From positions 421,084 through 485,083 of the forward strand of contig CBDFLG010000001.1 in assembly GCA_965249065.1 (NCBI GenBank): DNA of 64,000 nt, in the 5' to 3' direction. Within the stretch, counting starts at the first letter, position 1. Every line of letters begins with the position of its first letter. The notes below the pieces were generated by a model, which saw only the letters and a program-made list of their open reading frames with translations, did not search any database and was not told where the DNA came from. Shown in pieces: positions 32,457-41,539 of the stretch. The translations under genes were made by a program, and so were the position numbers. Source of the stretch: Dehalococcoidia bacterium. Its GTDB lineage: Bacteria; Chloroflexota; Dehalococcoidia; Lucifugimonadales; UBA3495.

Positions 32457-33572
32457 CTACCCGTCCAACCCGTACAGCCGGGCGCAGTTGTCCCACAGGA
32501 ACTTGCGCCTAGCGTCATCGGACAGCGGCATTTCCAGGAAGCGGTCCACCGATTGGGGATACTTCGAGTCGGCGTGGGGGTAGTCGGTGGAGAAGACCAC
32601 GTTGTCTTCCAGCCCGAAGCGCGACACGATTTCCGCCGGCTCCTCGTCGCACTCCACCGACAGGTAGCACTGGCGGCGGAAGTACTCGCTAGGCTCCATT
32701 GTCAGGTCGGGATGGTCATAGGACGCCGACATCTCGTAATGCTCGTCCAGCCTCCAGAGCAGCCACGGCGCCCAAGAACAGTTGCCCTCCAGGAAGGCCA
32801 CGGTCAGATCGGGGAAGCGCTCCAGCACGCCGCCGCCCACGATGTCCACCACCGCCAGCATCATGCCCATGGGGTGGGTGCAGGTGTGGTAGAGCATATG
32901 CGTGTCGAAGTTGTCGCCCGGTTGCGGCAGGTTGACCCGTCCGCCCTCGTGGAAGCTGAGAGGCACGCCCAGCCGCTCGATTTCGGCCCATAGCGGGTCG
33001 TAATAGGGATCGTGCCAGTTGCGACCGGCCACCGGGTTGGGCCGGACGAACACCGTCTTGAAACCCAGTTCGTTCACCGCCCGCCGCGCCTCGGCCACGG
33101 CGCCCGCAATGTCTTGGGGCGGAATCATCGCCGCGCCGAACAGCCGGCCCGGCCCGCCGCCGCAGAAGTCGGCCAGCCAGTTGTTGTAGGCCCGCGATAT
33201 GGCGGTGGCGAGGGCCGGGTCGAGGCCGCTGTCGCCCAAGGTGAACAGGCCGCGGCTGGGGAACAGCACGGCAACGTCGATGCCCTCATTGTCCATCGCG
33301 CTCAACTGCGACCCGCTGTCCCAACTGCGCCGCTCCGACTCGGCGTAGACGTCCTGCTGGCCGGTCATCAGGGGTGTGATGGCGTTGGAGTAGCTGCGGT
33401 TGGGCAGCGGGAACACATTCTCGCCCACCTGCACGCCCAGGTCGCGCGGGTGGCGGCTCATTCCTTGCGGAGCGCGATCCCGGAACGCAGGATCTATGTA
33501 ACGCTCCCACAAGTCCACCGGCTCCACCACGTGCATATCCGAGTCCATAACCCTGTAACCGCTCTTCGCCAT
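32457..33572 (-). CDS. Amidohydrolase-2 family protein (ACMSD-like metal-dependent hydrolase/decarboxylase)
   Basis: 371 aa: VMDSDMHVVEPVDLWERYIDPAFRDRAP...FSTDYPHADS. Confidence 0.8.
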   Translation of the reverse strand: MAKSGYRVMDSDMHVVEPVDLWERYIDPAFRDRAPQGMSRHPRDLGVQVGENVFPLPNRSYSNAITPLMTGQQDVYAESERRSWDSGSQLSAMDNEGIDVAVLFPSRGLFTLGDSGLDPALATAISRAYNNWLADFCGGGPGRLFGAAMIPPQDIAGAVAEARRAVNELGFKTVFVRPNPVAGRNWHDPYYDPLWAEIERLGVPLSFHEGGRVNLPQPGDNFDTHMLYHTCTHPMGMMLAVVDIVGGGVLERFPDLTVAFLEGNCSWAPWLLWRLDEHYEMSASYDHPDLTMEPSEYFRRQCYLSVECDEEPAEIVSRFGLEDNVVFSTDYPHADSKYPQSVDRFLEMPLSDDARRKFLWDNCARLYGLDG

Positions 33573-33706
33573 TGGCGCGTCTCCTCCGGCTGGGGTGTTG
33601 CTGATTGGTGAGATGATAGCAGATGAGGGGCGGCGCCGGTCGCTGGTATGATAATATCCGATTGAGCGACAATTGGCGTTAGACAGATCGTCCCCGGAAG
33701 GTAACT

Positions 33707-34027
33707 ATGACCTGGAGGGTAACTATGAGCGGAGATTCAGGTACTAGCGGGGCAGGAACACCCAGATGGGAAAGGTTCTATGACGACAGTCTCCGGGAGA
33801 AGTTCAAGCAGTTCGAGACTGACAGGCATTTTCTTGAAACTCACCAGTCTAAATGGCTCGGACAGTACCCCGATATGTTCGTGGCGGTTTACCGGGAACA
33901 GTTGGTGGGCGCAGCGCCTACTGCGGCAGAACTGGCAAAACAGTTGGCAGCAAAGGGTGTTCCGGCTGGCCGGTCTTACTGGCGGTTTCTTTCATCCAAT
34001 CCTATTGATTTGGTAGTGCCCGGTTAA
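33707..34027 (+). CDS. DUF5678 domain-containing protein
   Basis: 106 aa: HQSKWLGQYPDMFVAVYREQLVGAAPTAAELAKQLAAKGVPAGRSYWRFL. The alternative ATG 33725 also has a GGAGGG SD. Confidence 0.65.
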   Translation: MTWRVTMSGDSGTSGAGTPRWERFYDDSLREKFKQFETDRHFLETHQSKWLGQYPDMFVAVYREQLVGAAPTAAELAKQLAAKGVPAGRSYWRFLSSNPIDLVVPG

Positions 34028-34028
34028 T

Positions 34029-34496
34029 ATGGTTATTTTCGGGCATTACGAAACGGACCAAATCAGAGTACCAAGGCCACGCATCCGCGGATATGTGAAT
34101 TTTACCCGCCTCGGCGTTCAGGGAATGGTTGATTTTCTCGTGGATTCTGGCGCGGACAGCGTGATTATTCACCCTGCCGACGTTCGCAACATTGGCATCC
34201 TGCAACGAACGCTACGGGAAAATAGCGTCAGGGAGTCAGTCGGCATAGGGGGGAGACAAAAGTATTTCACCGAATCCGGGTCAATATCTTTTGCGGATGG
34301 CCAATTCTCCTACGTCAGATGCTATTTGGACATTTGCATTGCCGGAGACGACATATCCACAACATCAGAGAGAGTCCCGTCTATTTTGGGGCGGGATTTT
34401 TTGAACCTTTGTGACGTGCGCCTCAACTATTCGACTGCTCTCGTCGCCTTGCAACCGGTAAGCGCTAATGATTATGGAGAGATTTCCTTCCCATAA
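34029..34496 (+). CDS. Retropepsin-like (clan AA) aspartic protease
   Basis: 155 aa: VDFLVDSGADSVIIHPADV contains the DSGA catalytic motif. The start lies 1 nt after the upstream stop. Confidence 0.7.
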   Translation: MVIFGHYETDQIRVPRPRIRGYVNFTRLGVQGMVDFLVDSGADSVIIHPADVRNIGILQRTLRENSVRESVGIGGRQKYFTESGSISFADGQFSYVRCYLDICIAGDDISTTSERVPSILGRDFLNLCDVRLNYSTALVALQPVSANDYGEISFP

Positions 34497-34522
34497 CCGC
34501 GCTCACTGTCTCACATACATTA

Positions 34523-34558
34523 CGCAAGCCCCGGAGTTGAATATCTCCGGGGCTTGCG
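34523..34558. terminator. Bidirectional terminator-like hairpin between convergent genes
   Basis: Perfect 14-bp stem CGCAAGCCCCGGAG / CTCCGGGGCTTGCG with loop TTGAATAT, between the protease stop (34496) and the quinone reductase stop (34588). Confidence 0.55.
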
Positions 34559-34587
34559 CTTATCGCCGTGGGGATGCTGCGTCCCTG

Positions 34588-35574
34588 CTACCCCTCGCCT
34601 ACGTCCACAATCACGTTGCCGATGGCGCCGCCCTCGACTGCCCGGTGGGCCTGTATCGCCTGCTCCAGCGGGAAGTGGGGGCCTACCAAGTGGGTCAGCG
34701 AGCCCGCTTCCAGCCAGGCCGTGATGTCGGCGATGGCGGCATCCTTCGCCGGTTCCGGCATATCGTAGACCAGCACGTTGCGCACCACTGTGTTGCTTCG
34801 CCGGAATTGCAGGGGAACCGGCGGCTGCTGGCCTGTCCCGGCGGCGTAGATTGCCACCACTCCCGACGATTTCAGCACTTGGCTGGTCACCGGGAAATTG
34901 GCGGCGAAGTCAACTTCAACGATGTGGTCAACGCCCTCTCCGCCGGTGATGTCCATGATGCGGGCCGCCGTGTCTTCGGTGCGGTAGTTGATGGTGTAGT
35001 CCGCTCCGGCGGCCTTGGCGATGCTGGCCTTGTGGTCGGAACTGATGGTGCTGATGACCGTGGCCCCGGCCAGTTTGGCTTCCTGCACCGCGTAGTGGCC
35101 CACGGCTCCGGCCCCGCCAGGCGCCAGCACCGTCTTGCCGTCCAGTGGCCCGTCGGCGAACAGGCAGCGGTGGGCAGTCATGGCCGGCACGCCCAAGCAT
35201 GCGCCCTGCTCGTAAGTCACCGAACTGGGCATTGCCACCACGTGACCCGACGGCTGCACGGTATACTCCGCAGCTGTGCCGAAGGGCCGCCCGAACTGCG
35301 ACTCGAAGAGCCAGACCCGCTCGCCAACCCGCGACTCCGGTACGCCGGGGCCAACGCGGTCAATGACGCCCGCACCGTCTTGGTTGGGGATGACGCGCTG
35401 GAAGCCCATAGGCTGGGTCAGCCCGGCGCGCCGCTTCCAGTCGGAGGGATTAACGCCCGAAGACACCACGCGAATCCGCACTTCTCCCGGCCCCGGTTCC
35501 GGGTCGGGCATTTCGCCGATTTGCATCACCTCGGCGGGGCCGTTCTGTTCGTACCAGACTGCTTTCATGGTCAA
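34588..35574 (-). CDS. NADPH:quinone reductase / zeta-crystallin-type MDR oxidoreductase
   Basis: 328 aa: VRIRVVSSGVNPSDWKRRAG...APGGAGAVGHYAVQEAKLAGATVI. Confidence 0.85.
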   Translation of the reverse strand: MTMKAVWYEQNGPAEVMQIGEMPDPEPGPGEVRIRVVSSGVNPSDWKRRAGLTQPMGFQRVIPNQDGAGVIDRVGPGVPESRVGERVWLFESQFGRPFGTAAEYTVQPSGHVVAMPSSVTYEQGACLGVPAMTAHRCLFADGPLDGKTVLAPGGAGAVGHYAVQEAKLAGATVISTISSDHKASIAKAAGADYTINYRTEDTAARIMDITGGEGVDHIVEVDFAANFPVTSQVLKSSGVVAIYAAGTGQQPPVPLQFRRSNTVVRNVLVYDMPEPAKDAAIADITAWLEAGSLTHLVGPHFPLEQAIQAHRAVEGGAIGNVIVDVGEG

Positions 35575-35633
35575 TTCCGGCCTTTTTGCTCAGAAAATCC
35601 GATTTGCCCATAGTGGCGGGGCAACCAATACCC

Positions 35634-35661
35634 GCAGGGGCGCACAGCCGTGCGCCCCTGC
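35634..35661. repeat. Hairpin repeat family 1, copy b
   Basis: GCAGGGGCGCAC-AGCC-GTGCGCCCCTGC, a 12-bp perfect stem whose core is identical to 3296-3319. Confidence 0.8.
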
Positions 35662-35709
35662 ATGAAGCGCTGCCTAAAAACTATCGCACCCGATTACCCG
35701 GCCACCCGG

Positions 35710-36879
35710 TTACCTGGCGCGGCCCGCGTAGTCGGCCTTGGCGCGGTCTATCGCCGCCGCGCGCCCCGACTTCAGGGTGTCGCGGCGTTCATAAGCCCAC
35801 TGGTTCGACCCGGCGGTGCTGGCCGTGGTGCCTTGGAACGCCGGCATGACGTAGCGGGCCAGCAGCTCGTAGCTGTGCATCACGTGCTCCCGGGACGCCC
35901 AGTCAATAGCCTGGACCATGAAGCCGCCGAAGCCGCCGCTGCGCTCCTCCAGCTTCTTGATGCCCTCGATGCAGTCGTCGGGCGTGCCGATGATCCAGGA
36001 TCCCCTTTCGTCCATCACCTCTATGATGTCTTCCAGCGGCCCGTCTACGATGGCATCGCGTCCCATGGTGTGCTCGAAGTATTCCCGCTGGTAGCGCCCG
36101 GCCCCGACGCGGGCCTGCTTCATCGCGTCCTTTTTGCTCTCGGCCAAGTGTACCGGCAACACCAGCCGCCAGTCGTTGCGGTCAACCGTTTGGCCGTGCT
36201 CGGCGGCCGATGTTTCGGCAACGTCCCACAGCGCCCGCAGGTCGGAGTCGGGCGCGCCCGGGTCGCGCGGCACTGTAATAGTCAGAACCGCCGCCCCGTA
36301 CTTGCCAGCCAGCGCCACGCCCGAAGGCGACTGCACCGAGGCCACGGCGATGGGCATATGCGGCTTGGTGTAGGGGCGAAGCTGCAGCATCGCCTCTCTC
36401 AATGTAAACCAGTCGCTTTCGTAAGTAATCGGCTCGGTCTCAGTCATCAGGCGCAGCACCATGCCGAACCCCTCGTCCATCCGCAGCCGCTGCGTCGTCG
36501 GATCAATGCCCAGCATATAGGCGTCGCCGGGGAGCGCGCCCGGCCCCACGCCCAGCATCACCCGCCCGTGGGTCATGTGGTCAAGCTGCACCATGCGGTT
36601 GGCGACGTTGAAGGGATGATGGTAGGGGATGCTGATGACGCCGGTGCCCAGCTTGATATGCTTGGTGCGGTCGGCGGCTACCCCGATAAAAACCTCCGGC
36701 GAAGATATGGTCTCCCAGCCCGCGCTGTGATGCTCGCCAATCCAGGCCTCATCGAAGCCCAGGTAGTCGAGCCACTGCACCAGTTCCAGGTCCCGGTCCA
36801 AGGCCAGCGTTGGATTCTCGCCAACCCGGTGGAAGGGGCCCATAAAGATTCCGAATTTCATGCGTTCCGGCAAGGACAT
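35710..36879 (-). CDS. LLM-class flavin-dependent oxidoreductase
   Basis: MSLPERMKFGIFMGPFHRVGENPTLALDRDLELVQWLDYLGFDEAWIGEHH. ATG 36879 with AGGAGAG upstream is preferred over the track start at 36948. Confidence 0.8.
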   Translation of the reverse strand: MSLPERMKFGIFMGPFHRVGENPTLALDRDLELVQWLDYLGFDEAWIGEHHSAGWETISSPEVFIGVAADRTKHIKLGTGVISIPYHHPFNVANRMVQLDHMTHGRVMLGVGPGALPGDAYMLGIDPTTQRLRMDEGFGMVLRLMTETEPITYESDWFTLREAMLQLRPYTKPHMPIAVASVQSPSGVALAGKYGAAVLTITVPRDPGAPDSDLRALWDVAETSAAEHGQTVDRNDWRLVLPVHLAESKKDAMKQARVGAGRYQREYFEHTMGRDAIVDGPLEDIIEVMDERGSWIIGTPDDCIEGIKKLEERSGGFGGFMVQAIDWASREHVMHSYELLARYVMPAFQGTTASTAGSNQWAYERRDTLKSGRAAAIDRAKADYAGRAR

Positions 36880-37184
36880 AACGGCCAACTCTCCTATTAA
36901 CTCTTCCTGCGATGCCGCAATTATAGCCCCAAAGCAACACGATGCCAACGAAAGGCCCGCCAGCCGTATCTCACTGCGCGCCTAGCGAGGCATGGAACGA
37001 GAGACTGCCAATGGTAAGCCATCGCGACCGCCCACCGCGGCACGCCGCTATTCCCCAAGGCGGAAGCAGGACACACTCCCGGGCCCGAACTCGGATGCGT
37101 TGAATAATCCGCCTCCCCGGGGACATAATCGCATGGGATAAAACTCAGACAGACCGAGGCCTTCCCGCTCCACGCCTTTTCCGG

Positions 37185-38537
37185 CTACGCCCGCACCGGC
37201 CGGGCCAGCCCCAGGTTGTCGCGCAGCGTTCCCGGCGTGTACTCGCGGCGGAACAGCCCGCGCCGTTGCAGTTCCGGGACGACCAGCCGGGCGAAGTCCT
37301 CGTAGGCCCCCGGCATATGGGTGGCGGCCAGGACAAAGCCGTCGCAGGACTCCGATGCGAACCACGATTCCATCTGGTCAGCCACCTGCGACGGTGTGCC
37401 GGTGAACACCGGCAGCTCCCGCAGCGTGCCCCGGCCCGACCAGCGCACGAAGTCGTTTACCGTCGGGTTGGGCTTGCCGCTGAGCTGCACCACGCGGTCG
37501 AGGAACCCCCGCAGCCCCGTCATCGAAGCCATCACTTCGTCCGACAGCGGCTCATCGGGCGGGTGTTGCGAGAAGTCATAATTGAATACCTCGGAGAGCA
37601 GCGCCAGCGAGTCCACGGGCCGCGCCAGAGCATCAATGAATGCCAGCTTTTCCGCCGCTTCCTGCTCCGTCTCTCCCACTACCACGTACACCGCCGGGGC
37701 CACCTTCACCGCGTTCGCCTCCCTGCCTGCGGCGGCGGCGCGGCCCCGCAGGTCGTCGCGGTAGGCCCGGCATCCCTCGGCGGTAGGGAAGATGACAAAC
37801 AGCAGCTCGCCCCAGCGGGCGGCGAAGCGGCGGCCCCGCTCGCTCTGCCCAGCCTGGATGATTACCGGATGCCCCTGCGGCGGGCGGGGCACGGTCAGCG
37901 GCCCTCGCGAGCTGAAATGCTGGCCCTCATAATCCGTCCTCCGCACCTTCGAGGAATCAGCGAACCGGCCCCCGTCGCGGTCTGCTATGACCGCCCCATC
38001 ATCCCACGAGTCCCACAGGGCGCAAGCCGCCTCCATAAACTCGTCGGCCACGCCGTAGCGGTCGTCATGCTCCAGATGCTCGGCCAACCCGAAGTTGTGG
38101 GCCTCCGAGTCGTTCAGCGACGTCACCACGTTCCAGGCGGCCCGTCCGGCGGTGAAGTGGTCCAATGATGCAAACACACGCGCCACGTGGAACGGCGAAT
38201 AGTAGGTGGTGGAGTAGGTGGCGCCCAGCCCGAGATGCGACGTTGCCAGCCCCATCGCGGTTATCACCGGCACTAGGTCCAGTTTCACCACCCGCACGCC
38301 GTGCTCCACCGCCTCGGCGAAGGAGTCGCCGTAACGGCTGGGCATCGCCAGCCGGTCGTCAATGAACGCCATGTGAAACATCGCGGCTTCCAGCGTCCGG
38401 GCGATGTCTTGGTAATAACGCAGGTCAAGGAAATCCGGCGACGTTTCAGGATGCCGCCAAGAGCCGGTATAGTTCGAGCAATTGGAAGCCTGCATAAAGG
38501 CCACTAGCAGCATTTCCCGGTTAGCGGGTTGCCTCAT
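37185..38537 (-). CDS. NtaA/SnaA/DszA-family FMN-dependent monooxygenase
   Basis: 450 aa: LLVAFMQASNCSNYTGSWRHPETSPDFLDLRYYQDIARTLEAAMFHMAFIDD. Confidence 0.85.
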   Translation of the reverse strand: MRQPANREMLLVAFMQASNCSNYTGSWRHPETSPDFLDLRYYQDIARTLEAAMFHMAFIDDRLAMPSRYGDSFAEAVEHGVRVVKLDLVPVITAMGLATSHLGLGATYSTTYYSPFHVARVFASLDHFTAGRAAWNVVTSLNDSEAHNFGLAEHLEHDDRYGVADEFMEAACALWDSWDDGAVIADRDGGRFADSSKVRRTDYEGQHFSSRGPLTVPRPPQGHPVIIQAGQSERGRRFAARWGELLFVIFPTAEGCRAYRDDLRGRAAAAGREANAVKVAPAVYVVVGETEQEAAEKLAFIDALARPVDSLALLSEVFNYDFSQHPPDEPLSDEVMASMTGLRGFLDRVVQLSGKPNPTVNDFVRWSGRGTLRELPVFTGTPSQVADQMESWFASESCDGFVLAATHMPGAYEDFARLVVPELQRRGLFRREYTPGTLRDNLGLARPVRA

Positions 38538-38595
38538 TTCAATTCACCAGACAGGGCCGCAAGGCATGAAAGTCCACTCTCCCATAGGAGGAGGG

Positions 38596-39912
38596 TTAAG
38601 GCAAGGGCGTATTCTGGACCGGCCGGCGGGCATTGATTACCAGCATACTGGCGGCCGCAGCGATGGCGGCAAAGGCCAAGAAAATAAAGGTATAGTTGCC
38701 CCGGATATCGAACACCACGCCCGCCAGCAGCGGGCCTGTCGACTGGCCGACCAGTACCCCGATTTCGCCCATGCCCCGGATTTTACCCAAAGACGCCCGC
38801 CCATAGTAGTCGGCATAGACCACCGCGGGAATGATGTTGCCCCCGGCGGCCACCAGCCCGATGACCGCCGCGGCGGCCAATGCCCCGGCGATCCCGCTCG
38901 CCATCAGCAGCAGCAGCACCGCTCCGGCCAGCATCGCCAGCATCACCGAATACAGCAGCCGGGCCGCTGTGCGCTCCATCAGCCAGCCCCAGCCGACGCT
39001 GCCAGCCGCCGATACCACCCAGCTCGCCGTTACCACCGAGGCTGCGTCGGTCAGCGTCAGCCCCTGGTCTCGCAGGTAGGCAGCAATGTGAACGTTGACC
39101 CCGGCATGGACGAAAAAAGTGGCGAACCCCACGGACGCCAGAATCCAGAATGCCGGGGTACGGATGGCTTCCCGCACCGTCCAGGACTCGTTGTCTCGCC
39201 TGATGCCCGCCGCGCCCTGTTCTTCCCCGGCGCCCCCATATACATCCTGAGCATCCTGCCGTTCATCCTGAGCTTGTCGAAGGGGATCCCCGTCCGGCCT
39301 CAACCCCAGGTCTTCGGGGCGCTCCGCCACCAGCAGCAGGTTGGGCAGCAGCGCCACGGCCAGGCAGATGACGCCCAAGGTAATCCAGGCGGCGGCGACT
39401 CCGAAGTTGCCTATGACCACCGCTGCCGACATGGTGAACACCACGCCGCCGATGGCCCCGCAGAAATAGATGACGCCAATGGCCCGTCCCCGCATCCGAA
39501 CGAACCAGCGGGAAGCGACAGTGCTGGCCCCGATGGGCGCGGCGGTGTGGAACACCACCCGCCCGGCAGCATAGGCCAGATAGAAAGTAACCGGCAGCGT
39601 AGCCCATGCCAGCGAAATCATGGACGCGCCCACCGTAAGCACCCCGGCCACCAGCACCAGGCGCGAGCCGAAACGGTCGATGGCCCATCCGATGGCCGGC
39701 GACAGCACGATGGAAGACAGCGCCCCCGCGCTCACCGCCCCCGCAATCAACGTCCGCGACCAGCCCAGTTCCTGCGACATCGGATAGATGAAGACAGTCA
39801 GCGTGGTGATGGCCGGCGCCATCCGCGCGAACACCGCCGTTCCTGAAGCCACGACCACCACCCAGCCGTAGTAGAAAGGCAGGATACCCTGGAGTCTGGA
39901 AGCTAAAAGCAT
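38596..39912 (-). CDS. MFS transporter with a repeat-derived insert in the central loop
   Basis: 438 aa with 12 hydrophobic segments. The central loop DPLRQAQDERQDAQDVY is encoded by a family 3 repeat arm (39243-39285). Confidence 0.85.
   Translation of the reverse strand: MLLASRLQGILPFYYGWVVVVASGTAVFARMAPAITTLTVFIYPMSQELGWSRTLIAGAVSAGALSSIVLSPAIGWAIDRFGSRLVLVAGVLTVGASMISLAWATLPVTFYLAYAAGRVVFHTAAPIGASTVASRWFVRMRGRAIGVIYFCGAIGGVVFTMSAAVVIGNFGVAAAWITLGVICLAVALLPNLLLVAERPEDLGLRPDGDPLRQAQDERQDAQDVYGGAGEEQGAAGIRRDNESWTVREAIRTPAFWILASVGFATFFVHAGVNVHIAAYLRDQGLTLTDAASVVTASWVVSAAGSVGWGWLMERTAARLLYSVMLAMLAGAVLLLLMASGIAGALAAAAVIGLVAAGGNIIPAVVYADYYGRASLGKIRGMGEIGVLVGQSTGPLLAGVVFDIRGNYTFIFLAFAAIAAAASMLVINARRPVQNTPLP
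39243..39285 (+). repeat. Hairpin repeat family 3, single arm located inside the MFS coding sequence
   Basis: ATCCTGAGCATCCTGCCGTTCATCCTGAGCTTGTCGAAGGGG. The CCTGAGCTTGTCGAAGG core is identical to the arm at 23142-23158. Confidence 0.75.
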
Positions 39913-40031
39913 ATTTCAACGCAGAGTTCACAGAGAATCACGCCAAGGACGCAGAGGTTCAGATTACCTAGGCGGCCTCTGCGTTCTCAGCGTGTGCTTC
40001 TGCGCCCTCTGCGTTGAAGAAAGGGAGTGTG

Positions 40032-40775
40032 TTAGCCCAAGTGCTGGCCGAAGAAGGCCAGAGTCTTCTCCCAGCCGTCCACCGCGGCCTCGACCCGGTA
40101 GCTCGAGCGGTCAACCGCGAAGAAGCCGTGGCCTGCCCCGTCGTAGCGGTGGAACTCGTAGTCCTTCCCGTGCTTCTTCAGCGCCTCTTCCGTCTCGTCC
40201 ACGTCGGCCGGCGAGGGGCGCGCGTCGTCGTTGCCGAACAGCCCCAGCAGCGGGCAGTTCAGCCCGGCGGTGAAGTCCACCGGCCAGGCCGGCATGGCCG
40301 GGGTCAACTGGTCGTTGCCTTGGGTCACGCCGCCGCCCCAGCAGTCCACCGCCGCGTCCACGCCGCTGAGCGTGCAGGCGCCCAGGTAGGTCTGGCGTCC
40401 GCCGGAGCAGAATCCGATGAGTCCCACCTTGCCGTTCAGGTACGGCAGCGTCCGCAGGTAGGCCATGGCCGCTTCCACGTCGCCCATGGTGCGGACGTCG
40501 GGCATTCCGCCCTTTTCGCGGATGCTGGCGCTGTTCTCTTGGGGCGTGGCCTGGCCCTCGCGGAAGTGCAGGTTGGGGGAGATGGCCACGAGCCCGTTGT
40601 GGGCCAGCTTGCGGGCCATTTCCTTGGACGCCTCGTCCCAGCCGGGCATATGGTGGATCAGCACCACGCCACCGCGCGGGCCGCCGCCCAGCGGACGGGC
40701 CAGGTAGGCGTCGATCTGGTCGCCTTCGTGACCCTGGATATTAACCGTCTCCGCTATCATTCCCTCGTAGCTCAT
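40032..40775 (-). CDS. Dienelactone hydrolase family protein
   Basis: MSYEGMIAETVNIQGHEGDQIDAYLARP...VVLIHHMPGW...LIGFCSGGRQ (nucleophile Cys). ATG 40775 with GGAGG upstream. Confidence 0.8.
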   Translation of the reverse strand: MSYEGMIAETVNIQGHEGDQIDAYLARPLGGGPRGGVVLIHHMPGWDEASKEMARKLAHNGLVAISPNLHFREGQATPQENSASIREKGGMPDVRTMGDVEAAMAYLRTLPYLNGKVGLIGFCSGGRQTYLGACTLSGVDAAVDCWGGGVTQGNDQLTPAMPAWPVDFTAGLNCPLLGLFGNDDARPSPADVDETEEALKKHGKDYEFHRYDGAGHGFFAVDRSSYRVEAAVDGWEKTLAFFGQHLG

Positions 40776-40870
40776 TTCAGTAACGCCTCCGCAGAATTGC
40801 GGGCCGCCCAAGAATACGGACAGCCCGCCCGTAGCCTACTATCGGCGCAATCTTACGTCAATCCGCAGTC

Positions 40871-40944
40871 AGGAAAAGTCCCATCTCCCTCTGGGAGATG
40901 GTTAGGGTGAGGGCGTCCCCCCACGGGAGGAAAAGTCCCATCTC
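40871..40944 (+). repeat. Hairpin repeat family 2 copy, plus a 17-nt direct repeat
   Basis: CATCTCCC-TCT-GGGAGATG (40882-40900) followed by GTTAGGGTGAGGGCG. AGGAAAAGTCCCATCTC occurs at both 40871-40887 and 40928-40944. Confidence 0.7.
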
Positions 40945-41026
40945 TTTACTGGAAGAAGGAAAATTGAAAGGCCCTGTTGGAGGCCGCGTCCTGTAGGCCG
41001 CATCCTGGAGGGCTGGCGCAGAGAGG

Positions 41027-41539
41027 CTACGGGCAGGGGACGGCGTCCGCGGCGTATTCCCGAATCTCCTGCAGGGTTGGCAGCTCCCCGTCGGCGTTCA
41101 GGGGCAGCGCGTGCCAGGGGTGCGCGTCACCGTCCAGCAAGCGGATGTGCAGCCCGCCCAGGCGGAAGGGCGGCCCGCCGTCCCGCCGCCAAGTCTCGGC
41201 CTGGCCGCAGCGGATGACGGTCAGCGGCCCCGGCAGCGACACCGGGGACGGAAAAGCCACGTCGCCATAGACCCCGGCGCGCTCTCCGTTGCGGGTCAGC
41301 GCGGCAACGTCGGCGAACTCCCAGCCTTCGGTGCCTGCGCCGCTCCATTCAGGGGCGGACAGGAAGGCATTGACGGCCTCCCGCAGCATTGCTTCATCTG
41401 CCGAATTGGCTACGGGGAACTCGGGTGTTAGAGGAAGGGGATAGCCTGCATCAGCTGGACCCTGCTGACCGGAGCAGGCAACTCCAGCCAACAGCAGCAG
41501 CCCCGCCATCAGCGCGGCCAGCCTGGTCAGCGCGGTCAT
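41027..41539 (-). CDS. Hypothetical secreted lipoprotein-like protein (170 aa)
   Basis: ATG shares 1 nt with the upstream stop (TGATG). The signal-like N-terminus MTALTRLAALMAGLLLLAGVACSG is followed by no recognisable domain. Confidence 0.55.
   Translation of the reverse strand: MTALTRLAALMAGLLLLAGVACSGQQGPADAGYPLPLTPEFPVANSADEAMLREAVNAFLSAPEWSGAGTEGWEFADVAALTRNGERAGVYGDVAFPSPVSLPGPLTVIRCGQAETWRRDGGPPFRLGGLHIRLLDGDAHPWHALPLNADGELPTLQEIREYAADAVPCP

Noticed and set aside
34468-36900. Plus-strand ORFs 34468..35613 (381 aa) and 35650..36900 (416 aa)
   Set aside because: They lie antisense to the quinone reductase and LLM genes. Composition is His/Arg/Gly/Pro-rich and no domain signatures are present.
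38482-39846. 454-aa plus-strand ORF opposite the MFS transporter
   Set aside because: Highly Arg/Pro/Gly/His-biased shadow ORF. The minus strand encodes a 12-helix MFS protein.
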